Numbered from the stretch's first letter, positions 10,529 through 21,522 are shown. The stretch is DNA of 64,000 bases from a bacterium (GCA_039961635.1 JABRWB010000054.1:7917-71916); one strand, 5' to 3'. Numbers and translations: made by a program. The notes: generated from the letters alone by a model not told the origin.

Positions 10529-11203
10529 ATGATGGCGATACACCTGCAGCGCGAAATTGAAAAGATAAAGAAGCAGCTTTTGCACCTCTCGGCGCTTGTC
10601 GAAGAGGACTTCAACAAAGGCGTGCGCGCGTTCGAAACGGGCGACACCAAGCTGACCGGCGAGGTCGTGGCGGGCGACGAGGAAATAGACCGGCTGGAAG
10701 TGGAACTCGAAGAGAACTGCCTGAAGATACTCGCTCTTCACCAGCCCGTCGCGATAGACCTGCGGTTCATCATCGCGGTGCTGAAAATCAATCCCAGCCT
10801 CGAGCGCATCGGGGATTTCGCGGTGAAGATCGCGCGCGCGGCCGAGTTCACGCAGAAGTACGGACGCGACAAGAACTTCAGCGACTTCGTCCAGATGGCG
10901 GAGATGACCCAGCGCTCGCTCAAGCGCAGTTTGGACGCGCTGGTCAATCTCGACGCGGCGCTTGCAGAGGAAGTGCGGCGGGAAGACGCGGAAATCGACA
11001 GAATGAAATTCCGGCTGAACGACCGCATCCGCGAGGAGATGAAACTGGACCCCGCGCAGATCGACTTTTACGTGAAACTTCTGGGAGTGTCGCGCTACTT
11101 CGAGCGCGCGGCCGACCACGCAAGCTCGATAGCCGAAGACGTGATTTACCTCGTCAGCGGCGAGATCGTGCGCCACCAGGACGAAGCGCCGGGCGAGGGG
11201 TAG
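10529..11203 (+). CDS. phoU: Phosphate signalling complex protein PhoU
   Basis: LHQPVAIDLR, LERIGD, ERAADHA motifs; GGAGG RBS. Confidence 0.95.
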   Translation: MMAIHLQREIEKIKKQLLHLSALVEEDFNKGVRAFETGDTKLTGEVVAGDEEIDRLEVELEENCLKILALHQPVAIDLRFIIAVLKINPSLERIGDFAVKIARAAEFTQKYGRDKNFSDFVQMAEMTQRSLKRSLDALVNLDAALAEEVRREDAEIDRMKFRLNDRIREEMKLDPAQIDFYVKLLGVSRYFERAADHASSIAEDVIYLVSGEIVRHQDEAPGEG

Positions 11204-11216
11204 TTACCGCGTTTTT

Positions 11217-11315
11217 TCAGTGCCCATGCGCGTGGGCGGCTTCGTCCGGCGCCGCGTCCGCATGCGCGTGCCCGCCGCCCGCGGCCGCCGCCGCGAATCC
11301 GATCAGCCTGTTCAT
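11217..11315 (-). CDS. Putative 32-aa His/Ala-rich small protein
   Basis: MNRLIGFAAAAAGGGHAHADAAPDEAAHAHGH* preceded by GGAAGGAG. Could be the end of a longer 92-aa ORF starting at 11495. Confidence 0.35.
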   Translation of the reverse strand: MNRLIGFAAAAAGGGHAHADAAPDEAAHAHGH

Positions 11316-11480
11316 TTCCGCTCCTTCCGGCGATTCCGCCGTTCCGTCAATTGCATCCGCCCTGCGAGGAAAGCTGCACCTTCCATCCGCAGGACAAATA
11401 GGCTTACCCGCCGCGCCTGCTTCGCCCGCCCACCGGACGCGCTGCCCGCGCAAGTTCCAGGTGTCGCGAGCCGGAAAATC

Positions 11481-11489
11481 GGGTATAAT
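11481..11489 (+). promoter_or_regulatory. Putative -10 element (GGGTATAAT)
   Basis: TATAAT about 30 nt upstream of a strong RBS; the same GGGTATAAT recurs at 32461 upstream of the other PKD lipoprotein. Confidence 0.5.
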
Positions 11490-11519
11490 CCCCATGGATC
11501 ACCCAAGGAGGGTTTTCCG

Positions 11520-11684
11520 ATGACGGGAGATTCTGAGCTTTCCTTCATCCGCCGCGGCGCGTGCGATACGGCGCCCCGGACGCGGCGTTTCGCCCGGATT
11601 CAGGCCAATAATCCGCCGAAAGCACAAATAAAACATCTCCCGCTTCGTTTCCAAGTCGCTTTTCAAGGGAGGTTTATGCAATGA
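11520..11684 (+). CDS. Putative 54-aa leader ORF coupled to the lipoprotein gene
   Basis: AAGGAGG (11505-11511) 8 nt before ATG; stop overlaps the ATG of the next gene (ATGA). No recognisable family. Confidence 0.35.
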   Translation: MTGDSELSFIRRGACDTAPRTRRFARIQANNPPKAQIKHLPLRFQVAFQGRFMQ

Positions 11685-13180
11685 AGCGCTCCAAATCAAA
11701 TGATTATTTCCTCGCGCTTTTCGCTTTCGCCGCGATGCTGTGCGCTTCCTGCGGGGGCGGGGGAGGCCCCGCGCCTGGGCCGGGACCGCAGCCCGGTCCG
11801 TCCTATCCGCAGGGCATCACAAACTTCGGAATCAGCCCGGCGCGCGCATCCTATTTTTCGGGAGAGATACTCACGATAGGCGTGCGAGCCGTGGCGCTGG
11901 ATGGCGGAACGCTGAGTTACGCGTGGTCGCTTGGCGGCTGGGCGGAAATCCAGGGCGATCCCGCGAAAGACGCGATTCAGGCGAAGCTGGTCGGCGAGCC
12001 GGGTTCGTACAAAGGAAGCGTAACGGTGACCGAAGTGCGTGAGGGAAAGACCCCGCGCACGGCGTACTGGGAATTTTTCGTGACGATTTCGGGAACGATG
12101 CCCGCGCCGGAGCTTTCCGGCGTGTCCGCAGCGCCATCGAAGGACGTTTATTACTTCGGCGAGGCTGTCACGTTTTCCGCGGTAGGCGCAGAGCCCAATA
12201 GCGGCGGAGAGCTTACGTACGAGTGGGATTTCGGCGAGTGGGGCGGCTCCGACTCCAATCCTACGAACGCGGTCGAGGCGGTTTCGCTTTTGCGGGCTGC
12301 GGGCGATTTCGTTTGCACGTTGACCGTAATCGAAACGACGCTGGGACACGCGCAAACGACTGCGTCCGCGGAAATCGCGATCCGCATCGAGGAGCCGCCG
12401 TCGGGCGCGCCCATCGTAAGCGAAGTGCGGCTTGAAGGCGGAATGCTGGTCGCGACTTACAGCGACCCGGACGGCGACGCGGTGAGCGTTGCTTGGGAGG
12501 CGGACGCGGGATGCGTATTCCCGAAGAGCGAGACGGCGAACGAGGCGAGGGCGAGGTTCCTGCCGTGGCTGGCGCCGGGGCCGTCGCGGGTGACAGCTAC
12601 GGTGACGGACGAATTCGGGCTGTCGGATTCGGAAACGATCACGGTGCTGTACGACAAGGAGCTGGCCAATCCGATCGCGGAGGACAGCTTGTTCATCTGG
12701 CCGCAGAAGCTGTTGGTAGAGGCGGGAGAGGAAATCTACGTCGCGCTTTTCGTCAACGGCAATGAGCAGCCGATCGCGGGATTCAACATACGTATAATTG
12801 TCAATCGCGATCTCGCTTCCGGAGCGTACATATTGGAGCCGCCGCCAAACGATCCGGGCTACGCGTATCCGATGGCGGCGTATCCCGCGTTTTGGCTGCC
12901 GCCGCCGCTGTATCCGCAGCCGGAATATGTGGATTTGCGCGTCGACTTCAACGAATTCCAGCAGGTGCTGTTCGGTCCCGGCTCGCAGGGCTGCCTTGCG
13001 TTTGCAGCTTTCCGAATCGGCGAGGAGCTGACGCCCGGCACGGAAATATCGTTCGACCTCGATGCCGCAAACACGTACTATTGGGACACGCTTGAAAACG
13101 AGTACGCGTTCGGCGCGCTCGGAAAAGACTACGACGGCAACGGCAGCGTGGAAAGCGAGGTGGTGATGAGGGTGAGGTAG
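11681..13180 (+). CDS. Lipoprotein with PKD/Ig-like domains and C-terminal cohesin-like domain
   Basis: Lipobox CAS-C, Gly/Pro linker, PKD-like YAWSLG and YEWDFG motifs; C-terminal beta domain with cohesin-like pattern (LFIWP..LVEAGEEIYVALFV...IAGFNIRI...GSQGCLAFAAF). Confidence 0.7.
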   Translation: MKRSKSNDYFLALFAFAAMLCASCGGGGGPAPGPGPQPGPSYPQGITNFGISPARASYFSGEILTIGVRAVALDGGTLSYAWSLGGWAEIQGDPAKDAIQAKLVGEPGSYKGSVTVTEVREGKTPRTAYWEFFVTISGTMPAPELSGVSAAPSKDVYYFGEAVTFSAVGAEPNSGGELTYEWDFGEWGGSDSNPTNAVEAVSLLRAAGDFVCTLTVIETTLGHAQTTASAEIAIRIEEPPSGAPIVSEVRLEGGMLVATYSDPDGDAVSVAWEADAGCVFPKSETANEARARFLPWLAPGPSRVTATVTDEFGLSDSETITVLYDKELANPIAEDSLFIWPQKLLVEAGEEIYVALFVNGNEQPIAGFNIRIIVNRDLASGAYILEPPPNDPGYAYPMAAYPAFWLPPPLYPQPEYVDLRVDFNEFQQVLFGPGSQGCLAFAAFRIGEELTPGTEISFDLDAANTYYWDTLENEYAFGALGKDYDGNGSVESEVVMRVR

Positions 13181-13237
13181 GAGGGGATGCCTGCACTCTA
13201 TTCATAAAGGAAACACAACTCATTGACGCAAATCCTT

Positions 13238-13253
13238 CGCCGGGTAGCCGGCG
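13238..13253. terminator. GC hairpin, possible weak terminator
   Basis: Perfect CGCCGG-GTAG-CCGGCG hairpin about 60 nt after the lipoprotein stop; U-tract is poor. Confidence 0.3.
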
Positions 13254-13274
13254 GTTAACGACGGGGTGTCGAAA

Positions 13275-13992
13275 ATGAAAACAAGCATGAATTGCTTGGA
13301 GTCATTATTTTGCCCGCACTTGCTTTGATTCTCTCCGCGTGCGGGCAAAGTGGCAATCCGCATAGCTCCGGCTCGGCGGAAGGTCCGCAAATAGAAAGCA
13401 TCATTAGTACGCCCGAGCGCGACGTGTATCAGACGGGCGAACTTGTGGTTTTTGACGTCGTGCCGAAATAAGTAAACGAAGGTTGGATCAACGCGGGCTG
13501 GATTTTTGGCGACTGGGCGGAATATGAGGAAGATCTCTGGGGATATGGCTTGGTTTCTCCGGACCATGTAACTCCGGGCACTCATCCGGGAACCTTCAAC
13601 GCGGCTGCGGTTTTGGTTCAATCGTTCGATTACATTTGGAACAAACCCGATGTAACCCTGACGAAATCCGTTCCCATTACAATCGGCGCTCCTCCTGAAG
13701 GAGCTCCGCTGGTCCGGATATTTGTTACGACGGCAATACCAATCTATTTGCAGCAGAGTACACGTACACAGGCAATGGAGAAAACACCGTGGTTTGGACG
13801 GCGACAGACGGAGCGATTGCCCCCACAGGCCTTGAAGAGGGAAAGGCCTTTGCGGAGCTGTCACCTCCAGGAGGACGTGATAGCCGCTGGCCCTTAACGG
13901 ACATTACGATAACTATTTCAAATGAATCCGGCCTGGCAACATCCCGTACGGAAAGGTTTGGCGGCCAATCAAGAGGAATTCAGTTTCAGTAA
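13275..13992 (+). pseudogene. Decayed paralog of the upstream PKD lipoprotein
   Basis: Lipobox ILSA-C; GPQIESIISTPERDVYQTGELVVF aligns to APELSGVSAAPSKDVYYFGEAVTF and PPEGAPLV aligns to PPSGAPIV. In-frame TAA at 13469-13471, frameshift near 13725, start ATG out of frame with the signal peptide. Confidence 0.75.
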
Positions 13993-14165
13993 TAATCCCC
14001 AAAACTCCGAATCTTGCCGCCTGATCCGAAGGAAAAAATGGCGATGGTGCAATTTGACGCTATCCAAAGACAATAAACCCAAATTGCTCCATTCTTCACA
14101 AGCAATATCTGACAGCAATAATATCAGATTATCTTAGCGTAACTATATCAATATCGCTCTTTCCG

Positions 14166-14174
14166 TGGTATAAT
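14166..14174 (+). promoter_or_regulatory. Extended -10 promoter (TGnTATAAT) for clpB/clpC
   Basis: TGGTATAAT 77 nt upstream of ATG 14252 at the end of an AT-rich tract. Confidence 0.6.
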
Positions 14175-14251
14175 CATTCGGTTGCGGCAGGGCGTCGCCT
14201 TTCCGCGTCCGGAGATTTGGGATTTGCAAACCACAAATTTGGGGTGTCAAG

Positions 14252-16711
<2,460 letters not shown>

Positions 16712-16739
16712 CCGCCCGCGCAAGGTGTAAAATTGCTGC

Positions 16740-17198
16740 GTGGCGCGCAGAATCCGGCCGCTTCGTGTGTACGTGGACACCTCCGTCTTTGGCGGAGTGT
16801 TCGACGCGGAGTTTGAGAGGGCGAGCAGGGAATTTTTCAAGCAGGCTCGCTCCGGGCGATTCAGGGCGGTATTGTCAGGCATTGTAATATCGGAACTTGA
16901 AAACGCTCCGCCAAATGTCTTTGAATTGTATAGGCAAGTGGCGTCGCAATCCGAATTTGTGGATTTGACACAAGATGCCGAAACGCTGGCCAAATCCTAT
17001 ATTCTGGCCGGAGTAGTGGGTAGAGGCAGATTGATTGACGCCACGCATGTTGCCATTGCGACCGTTGCTGGATGCAACGCAATAGTGAGCTGGAACTTCC
17101 GGCACATCGTTCATTTGGAAAAAGTGGCTCTTTACAATGCAATCAATCGAATTCACGGGTATCATGAAAAATCGAGATACGTTCTCCGCGCGAGGTGA
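16740..17198 (+). CDS. PIN-domain (VapC-like) toxin, C-terminus frameshifted
   Basis: VYVDTSV, SELE, DATHVA and SWNFRHIV PIN motifs. The expected tail IEIRSPREVI lies in another frame after the A5 run at 17167-17171 (would end at 17215). Confidence 0.85.
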   Translation: MARRIRPLRVYVDTSVFGGVFDAEFERASREFFKQARSGRFRAVLSGIVISELENAPPNVFELYRQVASQSEFVDLTQDAETLAKSYILAGVVGRGRLIDATHVAIATVAGCNAIVSWNFRHIVHLEKVALYNAINRIHGYHEKSRYVLRAR

Positions 17199-17204
17199 TC
17201 AAGT

Positions 17205-17372
17205 ATGGCGACTAAATCGGACAAGGCCTTCGACTGCGTCAAGATGAAGGACGCGGCGCAAAAGGCCGTGCAGAAGCAGATAAAGGGATTGTCACAGAAG
17301 GAGCGATTGGCGTTTTTCAACCGCAAGGCTGAGGCCGCGAGGAAGCGGCAGGCTGGATTGCGAGAAAGGTGA
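17205..17372 (+). CDS. Small putative antitoxin partner of the PIN toxin
   Basis: MATKSDKAFDCVKMKDAAQ... (55 aa) with GAGGTG RBS; the FDCVxMK pattern is typical of small genes downstream of this PIN family. Not in the supplied ORF track. Confidence 0.7.
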   Translation: MATKSDKAFDCVKMKDAAQKAVQKQIKGLSQKERLAFFNRKAEAARKRQAGLRER

Positions 17373-17397
17373 TGCGCTGCTTTGGAGATTTTTCGGC

Positions 17398-17589
17398 ATG
17401 ACAAAAGGGATTTCAAAACCTGAATATAAGCATGATATTCCATCCGATCACGACGAGCCGAACGACGCGGCGCAGGATGACGCGGCAAACGTGCTGAAGG
17501 GTGAGCCCCAAGAAGTGCGCATCGCCGCGCTCAACCGCAGGGCGGCCGCGGTGATGAAAACGAAGGCCAAGCGGAAGAAGAAGCGCTAG
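17398..17589 (+). CDS. Hypothetical 63-aa protein (acidic N-half, basic C-tail)
   Basis: GGAG RBS; fills the gap between the TA pair and the convergent gene. Confidence 0.5.
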   Translation: MTKGISKPEYKHDIPSDHDEPNDAAQDDAANVLKGEPQEVRIAALNRRAAAVMKTKAKRKKKR

Positions 17590-19058
17590 CCAGCTTCCTC
17601 GTACGCGCCGATGTCCGGCCCCGCTCCTTGCGGGCGCGGTGTTCCTTCCAAATCGTCCGCGGGAACCTGCGCGACGCCGCCCACCGAGCCCGCGTCGATT
17701 CCCGGGCTGCCGGGGAGCAGATGATAGTCGCCCGGCGTACCCCAGCCGCGCATCGCGAACTCCGGCTCAGCGCAGATATTGCCGAATCCGAGCAAATCAA
17801 GCTCCGACGGCAGATACTCCCGCCCGTTCGCCTCGACGACGGGGAGCGACGGGTCGCCGCTCCTGTACAGCAGGCAGTGGTCGAAAACGGGCGCAACCGC
17901 CGGGCCAAGGTAAATCGTGCTGTACCCGTGCGCGATTATGCAATTGCGGAATCTCACGTTGATTGGCGCATGCAAATCGTACTGCATGTATACGGGATAG
18001 TTCCCGCGCTGGACGTTGTCGTCCACGGTCACGTTCACGAATTCGAAATCGCCCGGCTCGATGGAGTCCACTACGATGCTGGCCCACGGGCCGTTATCCG
18101 GGTCGCCGTCGCCGCATCCGTAGATGAGCACGTTTTCGACCCGCGTCCCCCCTCCCCATAGCTTAAGCCCGTCGCAGCGGTTGTTCGCAATCACCGTGTG
18201 GTGCACGTACGTGTTGCGGGATTTCGAGTCCACGCCGTCGCCGCGGCCGTGCGAAAACGTGCAGTGCGAAATCTCGACCGGCCCCTCGGATTCCTCGATT
18301 CCGAATCCGTCCGGCCTGTCCCACTCCGAGAATTGGTCTCTCCCCTGCCAGTACCATCCGACGTATTCGACGTTCGTGTTCCGGATGACGACGCGCTGCC
18401 AGCCCTTGCCGCCCGCCGAGTCCGGCGCGTTTATCGCGCTGCCCGCCGTGCGCGAAATCGTGCAGCCCTCGATCAGCGAATCGGTGAAGTCGCCCGCGCA
18501 ATTTATCGCCGCCTCCTCGACGTGGTGGATATACAAATTCCGAAGCTCGATGTGGCCGCTCGGCGCGCCGCCCGCGGAGCCGCCCGCCTCCACGCCGCCG
18601 CGGAACCCGCCGGAATACGGATCGTCAAGCATGCTCGTTATCTCGAAATTCTCGACGCGGATGAACGACTTGCCGCCAAGCTCGACCGCCGCGATAAGGT
18701 TGTTGCGCCCGACGAGCGCGGGCCGGTCGTTCGGGTCCTCGCCGCGGATCGTTATCCACGCGCCGGGCGTCCCCGATGCTTCGGGCGTGATCATGTCGTC
18801 CCAGTACTCGGACATGAAATACACGCCCTTTTTGACGATAAGCGTATCCCCCGGCTGGAGCAGCTTGGACGCGTATCCCGGACTGGCGAACGGCTTGTCC
18901 GCCGTGCCGGGATTTTTGTCGCTGCCGGACGGGGAGACGTAGAAGGTGCGCGGGGAAGGCGCGGCGAGGGCAAAGTCGGCCTTCAAATTGCAAAGCAATG
19001 TGGTCAATCCTAAAAGCGCAATCAGCGCCCACGTTAAATCGAATCGTTGTCTTGTCAT
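17586..19058 (-). CDS. Secreted right-handed beta-helix (pectin-lyase-like) protein
   Basis: Signal peptide, TFYVSPSGSDKNPGTADKPFAS, repeated beta-helix turns, choice-of-anchor-Q-like C-terminus (DYHLLPGSPGIDAG...RPQGAGPDIGAYE). Confidence 0.8.
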   Translation of the reverse strand: MTRQRFDLTWALIALLGLTTLLCNLKADFALAAPSPRTFYVSPSGSDKNPGTADKPFASPGYASKLLQPGDTLIVKKGVYFMSEYWDDMITPEASGTPGAWITIRGEDPNDRPALVGRNNLIAAVELGGKSFIRVENFEITSMLDDPYSGGFRGGVEAGGSAGGAPSGHIELRNLYIHHVEEAAINCAGDFTDSLIEGCTISRTAGSAINAPDSAGGKGWQRVVIRNTNVEYVGWYWQGRDQFSEWDRPDGFGIEESEGPVEISHCTFSHGRGDGVDSKSRNTYVHHTVIANNRCDGLKLWGGGTRVENVLIYGCGDGDPDNGPWASIVVDSIEPGDFEFVNVTVDDNVQRGNYPVYMQYDLHAPINVRFRNCIIAHGYSTIYLGPAVAPVFDHCLLYRSGDPSLPVVEANGREYLPSELDLLGFGNICAEPEFAMRGWGTPGDYHLLPGSPGIDAGSVGGVAQVPADDLEGTPRPQGAGPDIGAYEEAG

Positions 19059-19148
19059 TCCGGCACCTTGGCACCTGCAGGCCAAAATTAAAGGGCAGGT
19101 CCAATTAGATTACCAAAAGCAGGAATGGACGCTCGCCGACCACTTGCA

Positions 19149-20051
19149 TCAGATTGTCCTCGCCACAATCGCCGAGCCGAGCGCACCAATCAGTTCGGGA
19201 TCGGCCGGAATCCGGTGATTGCATTTCAGCCTATCCCCGACGGACTTAGCAAGCCGGGCGTTGCGTGCGCCGCCGCCGGAGAAGACGACGACGCGTTCCA
19301 TCGGCACCGCGCCTGACGGCTGCGCCACTCTTGCCGCGAGCGTCGCGATGCGCTCCGCGGCGGACTCGATAAGCGCCGCGGCTATCGCGGACTTCGGCGT
19401 TCCGCGCGAAAGCAGGCTTATCACCTCCGATTCCGCGAACACCGCGCACATATTAGAGATGCGGACGGGAGGCGATCCGGATTTCCGCGCCGATGTGGAA
19501 TCTGACTCGCCTGGACAGACGGCCGCGCCGGATTCTATTTCGACGGAGGCCGGTATGGCTCCGGCTTCCGATACTTCGCACGCGTCAGCCCCGTCCGCGA
19601 GCGCGGAAAGTTCGCCGACAGGCACGCCAAGCGCTTTCGCCATCACGTCCAAAAACCTGCCCGTGCCCGCCGCGCAGCGGTCGTTCATCTGGAAGTTCAG
19701 CGGCCTCCCCCCCTCCCCCAGCCGGATCGCCTTCACGTCCTGTCCGCCGATGTCGATGACGAGCCGCGCATCCGGGAACAGGAAATGCGCGCCCCGGGCG
19801 TGGCAGGAAATCTCGCTTACGGTTTTATCCGCATCGTGCACAAGGTCGCGCCCGTACCCCGTCGCGACGATGCGCGCGGGCGCGCCCTCGGGAAAAAGCT
19901 CCGCGCGCGCCCGCGCGATATCCGCCGCGTAATCGCCCGACACCGGCGCGATGTAGCTTCGCACCGCGCCGCCGCTCTCTCCGGCAACCACGCCCTTCAC
20001 CGTCGTCGATCCGATGTCGAGCCCCAGATATTCCAATTCCGTACCAGTCAC
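19149..20051 (-). CDS. ATP-dependent [4Fe-4S] activator (HgdC/BadF-type, DCCP-reductase-like)
   Basis: GLDIGSTTVK, EISCHARGA, IDIGGQD, MNDRCAAGTGRFL, NMCAVFAESEVI; about 40-aa insertion before the second cluster Cys. Confidence 0.9.
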   Translation of the reverse strand: MTGTELEYLGLDIGSTTVKGVVAGESGGAVRSYIAPVSGDYAADIARARAELFPEGAPARIVATGYGRDLVHDADKTVSEISCHARGAHFLFPDARLVIDIGGQDVKAIRLGEGGRPLNFQMNDRCAAGTGRFLDVMAKALGVPVGELSALADGADACEVSEAGAIPASVEIESGAAVCPGESDSTSARKSGSPPVRISNMCAVFAESEVISLLSRGTPKSAIAAALIESAAERIATLAARVAQPSGAVPMERVVVFSGGGARNARLAKSVGDRLKCNHRIPADPELIGALGSAIVARTI

Positions 20052-21316
20052 GCGAGTGTCTCCAGAAACGCCTTGACCCGCGTTTCAAGCTGGCCCGCGT
20101 CGCCCATCGAGTAGTCCGTCTCGATGTGCATCACCGGCACTCCGGCCGCGTCAAGCCGCTCGCGCAAAAGCTCGTGCTCGATGTTGTAGCAGTGGCAGAA
20201 GCTAAGCGTGTAGTCGATCACGCCGTCCGCGCGCCATTCGCGCGCGTAGTCCGCGATGTTGTCGAGCCGCTCGGTATTCGGCGTGAAACACGCGCACGGC
20301 GTTTTGACGTAGCGGTCGGCAATCGCGACGAGCATTCCTTCGATCGTTTTCACGTTCTCGTCCACAAGATTCGTGAAGTACCGCGTCCCGGTGCAGGATT
20401 CCTCGCAGACGACCTCCGCGCCGGAAGTTTCGACGACGTGGTGCATCTTCCAATTCGGAATCGCCATCGGGCATCCCGCGAACACTATCCGTTTCGCGCC
20501 GTCCCTCGGCGCGGCCGCGGCTTTCACGCGCTCGTCGAGCTCGTTGCAAAGCTCGTTCACCTTCGCGGTGAAGCGCTTGATATCGTCGTAGAACGCGATC
20601 TGCGAAACCAAAAGCGCGTCCTTTCCGCTTATCGGCGAAGGGACGTTTTTGCGAAGTTCGTACAGCCGCGCCAGCGCCCTGCGCTTTTCGTTGACGAGGC
20701 TGATTCCTTCGGCGAGCGAATCTTCGGTTATCTTTCGCCCCGCGGTTTCCTCCAGCTTTTCCTTGAGCGCGATAATTTCATTCAGCCAGATGCCCTGCCT
20801 GCGATTCGACACCTTCTGCGGTGTTTCCATCACGTACATCGGAACTTCGCGGCCCAAAATCTCCCACGCTTTCTTTTTGCCGTCGCAGGTCGTCTCGCCG
20901 ATAACGATGTCGCAGCTTTCGAAATACGGGCAAAGCCGCGCCAACTTGAATCCGACAGCGCTCTTGACAAGCGGGCAGATGTTGCGCGGAAGTACGCGTT
21001 CGCCGTCCGCGGCGGGAAAGTCCGTCCCCGCGCACAGCCCGACGCACTCCCCGCCCGCGGCGAGTATCAATTCCTCCGGGACGAAAACGCAGAACGTGCC
21101 CGCGACGAACCCGCCCGCCGCCTTGTGGTCAGACAGCTCTTTCACGCGAAGCCCGTGGACTTCGCTTATCACGAAATCGAAATAGCCCATTCCCGCCGGG
21201 CGGTTCTCCTGCGAGAGATAGACCGCGGGATAGAACCGGCCGAGCAGCGCCATAAGCTCGTCGTGGCGCTTCAAATCTAGGCCGAGGCCGGCCCACATTT
21301 CCCTGTAATCGGACAT
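20048..21316 (-). CDS. Double-cubane-cluster-type anaerobic reductase (2-hydroxyacyl-CoA dehydratase superfamily)
   Basis: N-terminal YREMW..LGLDL..HD...YLSQENRP.GM.YFDFV..EVHG extension and 15 Cys including GTFCVF, GLCAG, NICPL, TTCDGKK, EESCTG, PCACF and FCHCY. Single gene, with no HgdA/B partner. Confidence 0.8.
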   Translation of the reverse strand: MSDYREMWAGLGLDLKRHDELMALLGRFYPAVYLSQENRPAGMGYFDFVISEVHGLRVKELSDHKAAGGFVAGTFCVFVPEELILAAGGECVGLCAGTDFPAADGERVLPRNICPLVKSAVGFKLARLCPYFESCDIVIGETTCDGKKKAWEILGREVPMYVMETPQKVSNRRQGIWLNEIIALKEKLEETAGRKITEDSLAEGISLVNEKRRALARLYELRKNVPSPISGKDALLVSQIAFYDDIKRFTAKVNELCNELDERVKAAAAPRDGAKRIVFAGCPMAIPNWKMHHVVETSGAEVVCEESCTGTRYFTNLVDENVKTIEGMLVAIADRYVKTPCACFTPNTERLDNIADYAREWRADGVIDYTLSFCHCYNIEHELLRERLDAAGVPVMHIETDYSMGDAGQLETRVKAFLETLA

Positions 21317-21489
21317 GGTTTCCTCCTTATCCGGAAGTAATCATTCGGAATTGTCCGGCGCGCCACGAAACGCTGCCATCGCCGGGATGCGGAGGAACGG
21401 TAACGCGGTAGAATGCGGGAAGATTATCCGCAAGCAGGCGAGCGCCGGGATGGAATTTGCGCGCAAGCCCTGCGCGCCCGGATGACGCC

Positions 21490-21522
21490 TCACCACTTGC
21501 CAAAGAAACGGCGGACTCCCAT
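21490..21522 (-). CDS. 10-aa upstream ORF (MGVRRFFGKW*) in the reductase leader
   Basis: Perfect AAGGAGGTGA Shine-Dalgarno (21529-21538) 6 nt before ATG; ends in TGA. Confidence 0.55.
   Translation of the reverse strand: MGVRRFFGKW

Noticed and set aside
13205-13262. GGAAAC...GACGCAAA resembling a c-di-GMP-I riboswitch
   Set aside because: Only 10 nt between the motifs, with no GNRA-capped stem and no second stem.
13993-14160. AT-rich tract as a hidden small gene or continuation of the pseudogene
   Set aside because: Short ORFs in several frames, but none aligns to the cohesin-like domain or has a convincing RBS.
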